Shown here in pieces: positions 50,026-59,660 of a stretch of DNA of 64,000 nt. Location of the stretch: assembly GCA_965223425.1 (NCBI GenBank), contig OZ245003.1:704001-768000 (forward strand), in the 5' to 3' direction. Origin of the DNA: Nitrosopumilus sp. (GTDB lineage Archaea > Thermoproteota > Nitrososphaeria > Nitrososphaerales > Nitrosopumilaceae). A program made the translations under genes and the position numbers. Numbering within the stretch: the stretch's first letter is position 1; every line of letters begins with the position of its first letter. The notes beneath the pieces are model-generated. The model made no database searches. It was not told where the DNA came from and worked only from the letters and a program-made list of their open reading frames with translations.

Positions 50026-50100
50026 TGCTCCCATCGGGATTTGAACCCGAGTCTTTGGCTTGAGAAGCCAAAATGCTTAACCGGACTACACTATAGGAGC
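50026..50100 (-). tRNA. tRNA-Glu(CTC)
   Basis: GCTCCTA...TGGGAGC-A cloverleaf, anticodon loop TT-CTC-AA; CCA not encoded. Confidence 0.95.
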
Positions 50101-50171
50101 TTGATAAAAAACAAACACAATCTCAATTTAAAGGAAATGCTTGAATGAATTTGTAAAACTTTGTGGGTTGA

Positions 50172-51089
50172 ATGCTTTATAGAAAATTCAGCATACTGTA
50201 TTATGTGGATTTGCAAAAATTTGTCAAAGAACAGTCCTTGACTGATTTTCCAGTTGGGTTGGGAGGTTGTAGAAATTCTGATTTTTGTTTTGATTCATGC
50301 GAGTATGATCTTGTTGTTTTTGATGAAAAATCAGAGCCAGAAAAAGTTATCCGGTCCGGAGATGAGTTTGTAATCCTTCATCATGCTTCGCTGTCTGAAA
50401 CTTTGTCAAAAAAACTTCTTCAATATGACAACCTAGAGATAATTCATGATGAGTCTTGGGATTTACGAATGCTACTTTCCAAAATCCACGAAAAACATTC
50501 CTCACTCTTTAGTGATTTTGCAAAAAATTGTTTGATCGAGTCTTTGTTTTGCTGTCAAAAAACCAAAGAAGCAATTCAATCATCTGATGTGTTTGCCCCA
50601 TGCTGGCAAAAATGTGCTTCTTATTATCTAGCTGATGCTATATCTTCTCTAAACAATCAAAGATCTAGCCCGTCTCATATGCTAGACTTGCTTCGAAAAC
50701 TAGAAAAAAATCCAATCAATGAACACATCCTAGTTGTTGCTCAAACAGTTGGGATTGAGAGGGCCACTCCGACTTTGCTTGAACGTATGTTAAAGTCCAC
50801 CATGGGATTCTCTGATTTGATAGAAAAAAACAACCATTCTCAAATTATTCAACAAAAACATGATTTCTTTGTAAAAAACTCGATGCTTTCTGATTGCTAT
50901 TTCTATCTGGGCTATCTCAACAAAGAAAATTTTGTAAAAATCAAGGATGCTCTGAATCGTAAACAAGATCTTATCCATATTCTAAAAATTGCCTTTGATG
51001 TTGAGGCAGACCCTAATCTACTGTCTCAACAGGCAGACCTTGTACAGCAGTCCTGCAATGATATGCTGGAGATAGTTTCAAAAGCCTAG
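50172..51089 (+). CDS. Hypothetical protein (nucleotidyltransferase-like N-terminus)
   Basis: 305-aa ORF, VGLGGCR...CEYDLVVFD; true start may be GTG 50205. Confidence 0.7.
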   Translation: MLYRKFSILYYVDLQKFVKEQSLTDFPVGLGGCRNSDFCFDSCEYDLVVFDEKSEPEKVIRSGDEFVILHHASLSETLSKKLLQYDNLEIIHDESWDLRMLLSKIHEKHSSLFSDFAKNCLIESLFCCQKTKEAIQSSDVFAPCWQKCASYYLADAISSLNNQRSSPSHMLDLLRKLEKNPINEHILVVAQTVGIERATPTLLERMLKSTMGFSDLIEKNNHSQIIQQKHDFFVKNSMLSDCYFYLGYLNKENFVKIKDALNRKQDLIHILKIAFDVEADPNLLSQQADLVQQSCNDMLEIVSKA

Positions 51090-51337
51090 CATTCTGGCCT
51101 CTTCAGCTAAGCGAAATGTAAACAGAATATTCCTGACTATGGGCGTCTGCAAGAAATAGTGCCGGGAATCGACGTTACATCTTAAATTCGTGACTAAATT
51201 ATGATTGGCGACAAATTGTTGGTTCTCTAGGCAAGCCTCGTAATTTGTGCCTAAACTGAGAATGGTTCTGTTGCATCTTAGTGACCTAATCACAAAATAC
51301 GGATCTTCTCTGAATCAAATTTTATGCCTGATTCCTG

Positions 51338-51676
51338 TCAAGCAATGTCATATTTTGACCAACCAAAGACATCTTTTACAGTTTTTAATTTAATCTCAAT
51401 TTTGTTTTGTTTTTTAATCCGTTCAACCTCATTTATGGAATCCTTACTAAATTCAAAGGCTACTATAATTCCACTGGTTTTTCTGTCTCTTTCTATGGCA
51501 GTCTTGAACTTGTCAATCTCAGGCCGTCCTACCTTATGCTTCCATCTTTTGACCTGAACAGGAATAGTTCTAAGATCTGTCCATCCATCAATACCCAAGT
51601 CTCCAGTTTTTTTGGGATTAACTATGCCTTGCATTTTTTCCACTATGACAAGACGTGCAAAATCATGCGGATCCAT
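51338..51676 (-). pseudogene. Mrr-like restriction endonuclease domain fragment
   Basis: GDLGIDG...PVQVKRW...VGRPEIDKF. Confidence 0.7.
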
Positions 51677-52056
51677 TTTTGCTAGACATGAGAGTAAGTT
51701 TGGTGATACACCACCTTAAAAAATTAAAAGCATTGGGCCTCTTACAAGTAACAGATAAAAAAATTGTAAGAAAAGGTAACGACCATAAACATTTTAAAAT
51801 AATTCCAAACATATTTGTGACTCTCAATAAAATCGAAGAGAATAAAGAAAAAAGACTTGAGAAAATTTTCAAAAACACAATAAAATTCCGTGTTTTAATA
51901 GCCTCCTTTGCCTTTGCGTCAATTTATCATGAGTTTTTCAGCATCAAAACATCCGAAACGAACACATTGGCGATTCCTCTAACCATTCTGCTTATTGGTT
52001 TTATTATTCACACCATAATTTATTCTCTTCCAGGAAAAAGGAAGGAGCGCCAGTAA
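51655..52056 (+). pseudogene. Winged-HTH regulator with C-terminal TM helices, N-truncated
   Basis: SLVIHHLKKLKALGLL recognition helix followed by hydrophobic segments. Confidence 0.55.
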
Positions 52057-52809
52057 GCTAAGATACAAGAAAATCAGTCCGATAATTGTGATGTTGAGCG
52101 TAACTTCTTTTATCGGATCCATCATTTTGTGGTAGCTGCCAAAATAAACTAGTATACCACCTAAAAAAAGGAGTGTGGCCAACAGCGCTGTAAGGATTAT
52201 CTTGGGCTTGTTAAAGAGATAAGGAATGAAACGGCTCTTTTCCTGGTTGCCTCGCTTACGCGTTCCGTCATCTGCATCGCCCTTTGCTCTCAGCCAGGAA
52301 AAAGGAAGGAGCGCCAGTAAGCTAAGATACAAGAAAATCAGTCCGGTAATTGTGATGTTGAGCGTAACTTCTTTTATCGGATCCATCATTTTGTGGTAGC
52401 TGCCAAAATAAACTAGTATACCACCTAAAAAAAGGAGTGTGGCCAACAGCGCTGTAAGGATTATCTTGGGCTTGTTAAAGAGATAAGGAATGAAACGGCT
52501 CTTTTCCTGGTTGCCTCGCTTACGCGTTCCGTCATCTGCATCGCCCTTTGCTCTCAGCCAGGAAAAAGGAAGGAGCGCCAGTAAGCTAAGATACAAGAAA
52601 ATCAGTCCGGTAATTGTGATGTTGAGCGTTAATCCGTCTATCGGGTTCAGCAACATACGATGTCCTCCAAAAAGAGCAAACCCCCCTCCTAAAAAAAGAA
52701 GTGTGGCCAACAGCACTGTAAAGATTATCTTGGGCTTATTAAAAAAAATAAAGAAGTGGGCGGCTAGTGCCATTCCGCCACATACAAGCCCCACCACCAG
52801 ACCGGCCAA
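51979..52809 (-). CDS. Membrane protein with 88-aa tandem repeats
   Basis: Two-TM unit repeated about three times; start uncertain. Confidence 0.5.
   Translation of the reverse strand: MAGLVVGLVCGGMALAAHFFIFFNKPKIIFTVLLATLLFLGGGFALFGGHRMLLNPIDGLTLNITITGLIFLYLSLLALLPFSWLRAKGDADDGTRKRGNQEKSRFIPYLFNKPKIILTALLATLLFLGGILVYFGSYHKMMDPIKEVTLNITITGLIFLYLSLLALLPFSWLRAKGDADDGTRKRGNQEKSRFIPYLFNKPKIILTALLATLLFLGGILVYFGSYHKMMDPIKEVTLNITIIGLIFLYLSLLALLPFSWKRINYGVNNKTNKQNG
52030..52745. repeat. 264-bp tandem repeat, about 2.7 copies
   Basis: ccaggaaaaaggaaggagcgccag at 52030, 52294 and 52558. Confidence 0.92.
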
Positions 52810-53507
52810 GTGTATGCCAGAACTTCGGGGTTAGGCTCGCCGGGAGAGTGGTGCTCGCTATGATACCACTCTTCGCCGCGCTCAGCTACTATCGATTGAT
52901 AACGGAATGAGTCGGTTGTACAATTATAGAGAGTTCTTGGATCGTGATAGTCATCTTCATAATTATATGATGCATAGAAAGGAACTAGATGGTAACTGCT
53001 GGGGATTGCATTTCTTGCTGCAGTCTCAGTTGGCCATGGACCAGATGTAGTTGTTGATGGTTGTGGGTGCGGGTTTGAACTGGATCCACCACAAACATCT
53101 TCTGCAGATGCAAATTGGACTCCTAACGATTCTGCAACGTCACCTCCTCCTTGTTTGCCTTCTTTGATGGATTCTCTAAATTTCTCAAGCCCTTCAGAAT
53201 CTTCTTCAGCAACATACATCCTTTGATTTGGATTATCGTGTATGCGCTGAATCATGTTATTTTGAGCTGTTAGAAACTGTGTGGTGATATTTAGTGTTTC
53301 ATTACTCACACCGTTTATTTTAGCCGCTTCTATGTCCATTGTGCCAATTTTTTGGTCATTTATTTCGACATAAGATTGAACTTCTTTCAATGCACGGTCT
53401 ATCTTTTCTGCGGAGGGTGTTTCTGTTGCGATTGTCACCGTAGTTGGGATTGCAATAGACACAACCAATAGGAAAAACAGACCTGTTTTGACGGTATTCG
53501 TAATCAT
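52764..53507 (-). CDS. Secreted protein of unknown function with Trp-rich C-terminus
   Basis: Signal peptide; ends EPNPEVLAYTWPVWWWGLYVAEWH; AT-rich TATA-like sequence upstream. Confidence 0.75.
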   Translation of the reverse strand: MITNTVKTGLFFLLVVSIAIPTTVTIATETPSAEKIDRALKEVQSYVEINDQKIGTMDIEAAKINGVSNETLNITTQFLTAQNNMIQRIHDNPNQRMYVAEEDSEGLEKFRESIKEGKQGGGDVAESLGVQFASAEDVCGGSSSNPHPQPSTTTSGPWPTETAARNAIPSSYHLVPFYASYNYEDDYHDPRTLYNCTTDSFRYQSIVAERGEEWYHSEHHSPGEPNPEVLAYTWPVWWWGLYVAEWH

Positions 53508-54030
53508 TAAAATTGCTTACGTTTAGTATATTAATAAAAAGTATTTCAATTCAAATTGAGCTGATCCCTATATTCAGTCTTCCCAGAAGTACTTCGTAGA
53601 GATTACCAAGAGGAGAAACTTTCTACTATAAAGAATCGCACGCACCCATAATCAGTAGATGAAAATGTACTAGCCGGCAGACGGCTGTTCTAGCCAAATC
53701 CCCCTGCCAGGAACCACATCAGCAGAAAATTTTTCCATCAGCTCGAACATTATCAGCAGAGGAATAACGGCAACATCACGCCGCCCTCCATTGCATCTCC
53801 TGGACCTTGCAGCCGATATTACCCACAAATTATACATTACAAGTGCCATAAAGAACAGAAATATTCTGATGACTGCGTTCTGGCTTGTGGCTTTGGGCCT
53901 TGATCTCTCTGCGTCCCGGTACCCCGTTTCTATGCCCCACCTCTTTTTGTACTCCTCTGGAATTCCTTCTGTCTCAAAGAGCGGGTTACGGCAGTCAAGG
54001 TTGGTGGCATACGCCAAATATCTGTCCGTA

Positions 54031-55168
54031 GTTAGCACATTAAATAATTGAACATTTTCACAGGCAGGATCTCCTTTCTGGCAAACAGCTTGCGTACTGA
54101 CTGCTCCATCCCACCTGGCGTGCCAAACACTTTTGCAGACAGTACCCGCTTTATCACCCTCCACTGCATCTCAATGGGATTAAGCTCCGGCGTGTACGGC
54201 AGCAGGTACTCCAGAACTATCTCGCCGTTGTATCTTTCCAGAAACTCCTTTACCTTTTTGGATTTGTGATATGACGCATTGTCTACAAACAGCAGCACCT
54301 TGCCGAATCTTTTGTGAACCCGTTCCAAAAAGTTGCAAAAGCTGTCGCTGTCTGGCTTTTCATAAAACATAAAGTAAAATGCGTTTGCCGCCAAAGCTCC
54401 AAAGATGTATCTTCTTTCGCGTGACAAAACAGAGGGGGATGTGGCGCGCTTGCCGCGCCTTCTCCACCCGTAGCCGGGCCTGTTTGATGCCTTTTGAATC
54501 GAGGATGCATCGCCGGCCAGTACGGTGTATCCCTGCGCCGACTTTTCTGCAACGAGTTTTTTTGCCCGCTCCTGAAACTCTTTTTGCTTTCTTTTTGAGG
54601 CTGATCTTGGGTTTTTTGGACGCGCCTTGCTCCACGAAAAGCCCATCTCCCTGATCAGCTGCAGCGCGCCTGTTTTGCTGTACTGCACGCCGAACTTTTT
54701 CTTGATGTGCAGCCTTACCAGGTTGGAGTCCCACAGGCTGCTCTCAAAGCCGCATGACTCCGGCCCCGCATCCAGGTCCGCTGCAAGCTGTCTTGCCTGC
54801 GGCCCGCCTATCAGGTGCTTTCGTCCCCTGCCGCTGCGCTCGAACCTTGCGCGCATTCCCTCGTCCTGTGCGCGGTTGAGCCATGCAGATATGGTGGACT
54901 TGGGCCTTCCCAGCATCCTTCCAATCCTGTCTAGCGGCACGCCGTCCTTGCGCTGCATGTACGCAAGCAGCCTGTCGCGCCTTCTGGGATCGGTCTCTTT
55001 TTTGTATGCCCTTTTGAGGTCTGCAACGCTGGTGTTTGGCAGAAATTTTGCCCCCCTTGCAACCTGTCTCTTTTTTTGTTTGTACATGCAGTGTGTGCGG
55101 TATGGCCTGTCTTGGATCTTTTGGCCAAAAATAATTGTCAAAATGGTTCAGGTTTTTTATGTACTTAC
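54031..55168 (-). mobile_element. IS630-family element
   Basis: Imperfect ~28-bp TIRs with TA duplicated at 54029-54030 and 55169-55170. Confidence 0.85.
54032..55141 (-). CDS. IS630-family transposase
   Basis: GDAS, VDNASYH and PYTPELNPIE; uninterrupted frame. Confidence 0.9.
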   Translation of the reverse strand: MTIIFGQKIQDRPYRTHCMYKQKKRQVARGAKFLPNTSVADLKRAYKKETDPRRRDRLLAYMQRKDGVPLDRIGRMLGRPKSTISAWLNRAQDEGMRARFERSGRGRKHLIGGPQARQLAADLDAGPESCGFESSLWDSNLVRLHIKKKFGVQYSKTGALQLIREMGFSWSKARPKNPRSASKRKQKEFQERAKKLVAEKSAQGYTVLAGDASSIQKASNRPGYGWRRRGKRATSPSVLSRERRYIFGALAANAFYFMFYEKPDSDSFCNFLERVHKRFGKVLLFVDNASYHKSKKVKEFLERYNGEIVLEYLLPYTPELNPIEMQWRVIKRVLSAKVFGTPGGMEQSVRKLFARKEILPVKMFNYLMC

Positions 55169-56148
55169 TACGGTATCTTCTCCGAATCCCATCCCCCCCC
55201 TATCTCCCTTCTTTTTTGCCACAATGACCAGCCGAAACGACTGGCCCTGCTTGTGCTTGCGTGTCATAAGCGTGTGCGTGGAGACTGCATCCCTCTTGCC
55301 GTCGTGGTGATCCAGTATTGCCCTTTTTATTGCAAAAGTTTTTGATGCCGGCATGATGAATCTGTGATCTGCCTGCCGGATCTCCCTTGTGACATCGCTT
55401 GAAAAGAATCCGCGGTCAAGCAGCAGCAGCAGTTTGCACCGAACCCCCACATCGGCGCAGTCCTGCAGCAGATCACGCACGATACAGGCAGGTTTGTACC
55501 CCTTTTTGAGGGGCCTGCATGCCACATCAAGATTGGGCCTGTCCACGCACTGCATCGTGGCGTATCCCTCAAACCTGGTGGTTCCATTCCTGTGTTTTGA
55601 GCGCACCAGCTGTTTTTCTCTGGTATCGGAGCTCCTGTCGTACCGCGGTATGTTGTGCGTGTCAATTGCCATGACATGCGGGGTTCTGCGCAGGAGGCCT
55701 GCCTGTGTTGCGCACAGTACGGTCTTGCGCACCATCTCCCGGCACCTCTTCTCCATGATGTGCCTGTCAGAACATGCGTCCCTTATCTTCCCCGGAACCC
55801 ACACCGATGACGGTATGCGGCTCGCGGCGTGGCGTACTGAGAGCATCTGTGTGATGCCGGAGGCATACGAGCCTGACTTGCACATCGATATGACTGCCCG
55901 TATAAAATCCTCCATGCCGTATAGCGCGTTGTGTCTCCCAGAGAAGCTGAGGCCTACCGCGTCTACAATGTCAGGCAACATTTTAAATGCCTTGCCTGCC
56001 GTATCAAGACGGTGTCCCAGTTGATCTTTTTGGTAAAGCATAAGGAATGACAGGGGCACTGATCAATTGCTTTTTCTGTCCGAATTGTTTTCACAGTTGG
56101 TCTAAAACTTGGATCCCGGGCGAGTCAAGAGTACATTTTCATCTACTG

Positions 56149-56548
56149 TGTCATAGCGCGGTATGAGGTGCATATCGATTGCTATGTCCAGTCCTTTTTT
56201 TGGAACCCTGCCCAGTCTTTTGAGGGTTTCAAGATGCCTTGCTATCTGGCCCTCAAGCGTGTGCTGGATTGCATCCTGCTCAATTCCCTTGATTGCCGAT
56301 GCAATCCACCTGTCAGACGGGGCATTGCAACCTTTGCGCCCTTGCGCCTTTGCGCATCCGCCTACAGAGGAATCCATGGTGGCAGCCTTTAGCATGCCGC
56401 AGTTCAGATCATCTGGTCCAAACGTTGCGTTGTACCTGTCTGATGTGTTGGCGCATGCAAGCATGTTTTTGGCGCCGTCTGCAACATCTTGATATATGCG
56501 TGGATTGTTTAACAGTTCGCGGCCCTGTCTGGTTTTTTGTATTGACAA
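56149..56548 (-). pseudogene. ISH3-family transposase N-terminal half
   Basis: LNNPRIYQDV...DIAIDMHLIPRYD, cut at the TIR at 56148; begins next to the CAG end at 56633. Confidence 0.75.
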
Positions 56549-56677
56549 CAGAAATCATGGGGTCGTACCCTAATTGATCTGTTTGCATTTTGTAGCCGAT
56601 TTGGCCCGAATTAGAGCAGATTTCGCTTAGCTGCTCTTGCACTAACCTTTTAAAACAAGTAAGATTACTGGTTTGTC

Positions 56678-56821
56678 ATGGTAGATCAAGCATGTGGATG
56701 CGAAGCTGATAGCGGCGATCCAGATTATGCATGTGATTGTGCAATGCAAGGTCATTGCATATGCAGTGCTGATTGCAACTGTAAAACTGATGTTTGCAAA
56801 GAAGCAACTAAAGATATGTAA
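56678..56821 (+). CDS. 47-aa Cys-rich metallothionein-like protein
   Basis: MVDQACGCEADSGDPDYACDCAMQGHCICSADCNCKTDVCKEATKDM*; ttttaaaa TATA-like box at 56648-56655; not in the ORF track. Confidence 0.75.
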   Translation: MVDQACGCEADSGDPDYACDCAMQGHCICSADCNCKTDVCKEATKDM

Positions 56822-56854
56822 TTTAACAGTTAATTACAATCTTACTTTTTATTT

Positions 56855-57025
56855 TTAAAATTCTTCTTCTTCTTCCATGCCCCATGATTTTACCAAATCT
56901 TTTTGGAACTTGTCAGCTTGTTTTTCATCTAGTGCAAATCCACAATTCTTGTGTGTGGGAACTACCGTCATTCCATCAAGTTTGAACTCTACTTCATACA
57001 AGTGAACCTTTGTACATTCACACAT
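56855..57025 (-). CDS. 56-aa small protein, possible metal binder
   Basis: MCECTKVH...PTHKNCG...WGMEEEEEF*; not in the ORF track. Confidence 0.65.
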   Translation of the reverse strand: MCECTKVHLYEVEFKLDGMTVVPTHKNCGFALDEKQADKFQKDLVKSWGMEEEEEF

Positions 57026-57149
57026 TCTGAATTTCAGTGAATTTTCCTCTATATTTGCTTATTTGAATTAAGTATCAACACCTGTTTTTCTCATTTTTTC
57101 CAAATTTGAATAACGTTTAACTATCCGAATTTCCAATTTTTTTACAGAT

Positions 57150-58700
57150 TTGAAAACAATAGTTCTTCTTCCAATTATCGCAGCTTTGCTATTGGGTTCA
57201 ATGGCACTTCCATCAGCGTTTGCACAATTCCAATCCGGTGGCGTTGATAAAGAAGGTACGTGGTATGCAGGCGAAGGTCTCAAACAAGGTGACTATTTCT
57301 CTTATTCAATGTGTCATGTAGACTACAAAGAATGTGCCCCATTTGATCTAGACTTGTGGATTAAGGGCGACATTCAAGTTGGAACTGAAACAAAGTGGTT
57401 GGCAGAAGCTGTTGTTTATGACGGCAGCAAGATTATCGTCGGTGAAATGCAATTAGGAAAAATTGCTCCAGAACCCACAGGTGGTAGTGAAGAATTAGGA
57501 ATTTACAGAGGCGCATTCAAATCTTCTGTTGTTTGGTTATCTGCATTTGCTACTTCTGATGGCAGTTCTGGTGGAAAGGGGCCAAAAGAATTTACTGCAA
57601 AATCTTGGGGCAAAATTGGAAATATTGGTGGAGAGCAAGTTGTCCCATTGGCACTTGAAACAACTACAGTTCCGGCAGGGACTTGGGAGACAGTTGTAGT
57701 TGGATGGAAGACCGGTGGTGCTGAAAGTAAAGTTTGGATTGCCGATGACTTTCCGTTCCCAATAAAAGCCAAAACTTTTACTCATGTATCTGAAGGAATT
57801 CCTCCCACTGAATATGAATTCGCATTAGTGCAATATCGAGAAAATATTCAGCAAACTCCATTTGCAGGAATTGTCTCTACTGCAGATCAATTCTTAGCAC
57901 AAGGTTGTGAAACCAATTTCGATAAAGATGTTAGCATAAAGAAACCTACGCGTAATTTTGATTATCAGTTACATGTATTCTATGGTCCAGAAGATCCAAC
58001 TCAGGGATGTGAAATGCAATGGTTAATCAAATTTATCAGCAAATACGATGACACTGAATTTTTGAATCAAGTTCAGTTTGACGTTTTTGTAGTGGATGAC
58101 CAATTTACATTGCCTCCTCTAAGATCCATTGCAGGCGAAGAAGGTAGAAACTTTTTGTATTCCCCATCAGGACAATATGTTTTGGATACAATTGTCAAAG
58201 AGAAACCTGGTGATGCAAACTATGTCATCTGGATATATGGCTTGGCTCCTGATTGGACATCTCCGACTACTGCATCTGATTATTTAGGAATCACAGTTCC
58301 AATATTTGCTAATGATGGAAGTTCAATTCCATTCGCTGATCCAACACCTGATCCAACACCTGATCCAACACCTGATCCAACACCTGATCCAACACCTGAT
58401 CCAACACCTGATCCAACACCATCTCAAGAAATTCCAGTCTGGGTTAAGAATAACGCCGGATGGTGGGCAGAAGGCATAATTGACGACAGCTCTTTTGTTG
58501 GAGGAATTCAATATCTAATTGAAGAGGGAATTATGAAAATACCTCCTACAACTCTGGGCACATCTGGCACCACCACTGAAATTCCCTCTTGGATCAAAAA
58601 TAACGCCGGATGGTGGGCAGAAGGCATGATTGACGACAGCTCTTTTGTTGGAGGAATTCAATATCTAATTGAAGAAGGAATTATGAATATCTCTTCTTGA
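57150..58700 (+). CDS. Secreted/surface protein with a PDPT linker and two thaumarchaeal IPxWxKNNAGWW C-terminal motifs
   Basis: Signal peptide ending AFAQ; duplicated C-terminal motif. Confidence 0.85.
   Translation: MKTIVLLPIIAALLLGSMALPSAFAQFQSGGVDKEGTWYAGEGLKQGDYFSYSMCHVDYKECAPFDLDLWIKGDIQVGTETKWLAEAVVYDGSKIIVGEMQLGKIAPEPTGGSEELGIYRGAFKSSVVWLSAFATSDGSSGGKGPKEFTAKSWGKIGNIGGEQVVPLALETTTVPAGTWETVVVGWKTGGAESKVWIADDFPFPIKAKTFTHVSEGIPPTEYEFALVQYRENIQQTPFAGIVSTADQFLAQGCETNFDKDVSIKKPTRNFDYQLHVFYGPEDPTQGCEMQWLIKFISKYDDTEFLNQVQFDVFVVDDQFTLPPLRSIAGEEGRNFLYSPSGQYVLDTIVKEKPGDANYVIWIYGLAPDWTSPTTASDYLGITVPIFANDGSSIPFADPTPDPTPDPTPDPTPDPTPDPTPDPTPSQEIPVWVKNNAGWWAEGIIDDSSFVGGIQYLIEEGIMKIPPTTLGTSGTTTEIPSWIKNNAGWWAEGMIDDSSFVGGIQYLIEEGIMNISS
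58336..58419 (+). repeat. 12-bp VNTR, 7 copies (DPTP)
   Basis: ctgatccaacac repeated 7 times. Confidence 0.93.
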
Positions 58701-58751
58701 TATTGCCTACATTCAAATTGATAAAATTATTCAAATAATGGTGGAACAGCA

Positions 58752-59111
58752 ATGGTTGGTCTTTTTAGATATCCCAAACGTCGTTTGAAAAAACTAGTAA
58801 AAGACGGTGAATACGTTGAGGCTATTGAACTAGGAAAAAGTTTAGAATCCGAATTTGCCGACGATCATGATTTTATGTTCATTATGGGAAGCGTATACTT
58901 TATTGTAGAAGACGCAAAAAAGGCACTTCCATATTTTGAAAAAGCAATCCTACTAGACAACAACGATGTTGAAACTCTTGCTCTAAAAACAAATGTACAC
59001 TTGGCTTTACAACAAAAAGATGAAGCAATAGATTGCTGTAAACAAATTATACAATTAGAGCCAAAAAATTCTGAGGCACAAGACTTGCTTGAAAAACTAC
59101 AAAACCTATAA
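58752..59111 (+). CDS. Tetratricopeptide repeat protein
   Basis: ALPYFEKAILLD and AIDCCKQIIQLEP TPR-like helices. Confidence 0.8.
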   Translation: MVGLFRYPKRRLKKLVKDGEYVEAIELGKSLESEFADDHDFMFIMGSVYFIVEDAKKALPYFEKAILLDNNDVETLALKTNVHLALQQKDEAIDCCKQIIQLEPKNSEAQDLLEKLQNL

Positions 59112-59120
59112 TCTGCCAAG

Positions 59121-59615
59121 CTACTCTTTTTTCTTCATCTGATAGGCATTTTCCATCAACCAGTCACAAAACTCTGTGACTTTTTCATCAAACTCTGTCC
59201 AAATATGTACTGAATGGGGCAAGATGTCAATCTTCCAGTTTTTCGTATAAACTCTGACCCCTTCTTTATTTTCATACATGTATGCATCTTCGGTCTGTAC
59301 ATCTCCGAGCAGTTCCACTGCTTTTTGTTTTATTGTCTCTCTGTCTATGGGAAATCTTTTCCGATCATAATCTACGATTAAGCTCAGATCCCTTTTTCCA
59401 TACATCTCAAACTCTTCAATTCTTCCTTCTTTTGGGAAATTTACTACTAGTTTGATATTGTAGTTTTTGCCAACTTCTTTTCCAATCTCTACAATTCTGG
59501 TGTACGCCATGCCGGGATTTTTCTTCAAAAGAAATGTTATTTGCGCCAAGTCTTTTTTCAGTTGGGCTTGAAGGTCTGAAACTAATTCTGAAAATATCAT
59601 CATTACATACAACAA
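59121..59615 (-). CDS. Hypothetical protein
   Basis: 164-aa ORF with core codon style. Confidence 0.7.
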   Translation of the reverse strand: MLYVMMIFSELVSDLQAQLKKDLAQITFLLKKNPGMAYTRIVEIGKEVGKNYNIKLVVNFPKEGRIEEFEMYGKRDLSLIVDYDRKRFPIDRETIKQKAVELLGDVQTEDAYMYENKEGVRVYTKNWKIDILPHSVHIWTEFDEKVTEFCDWLMENAYQMKKKE

Positions 59616-59660
59616 AATTCTTTTAATTAGTATTTTTCACTATATTTATTTAATAGAATA

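Larger units (their letters stand above)
47040..50037. mobile_element. Decayed integrative element in tRNA-Glu
   Basis: 14-bp att-like duplication agtgctcccatcgg at 47040-47053 and 50024-50037 (tRNA 3' end); integrase-like fragment beside the tRNA. Confidence 0.75.
53653..56148 (-). mobile_element. ISH3-family IS, interrupted by IS630
   Basis: Perfect 19-bp TIR cagtagatgaaaatgtact (53653-53671 and 56130-56148); transposase halves 55171-56059 (AIDTH, LDRGFFS) and 53670-54028 (YKKRWGIETGYR). Confidence 0.85.
51104..56633. mobile_element. Second composite unit with the same ISH3-type ends
   Basis: cagctaagcgaaatgt (51104-51119) and agatttcgcttagctg (56618-56633); flanking CTCTT at 51099-51103 and 56634-56638. 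Confidence 0.75.

Noticed and set aside
49814-50071. 85-aa ORF overlapping tRNA-Glu
   Set aside because: Its N-terminus is read through the tRNA; only the part from ATG 49981 looks like coding sequence.
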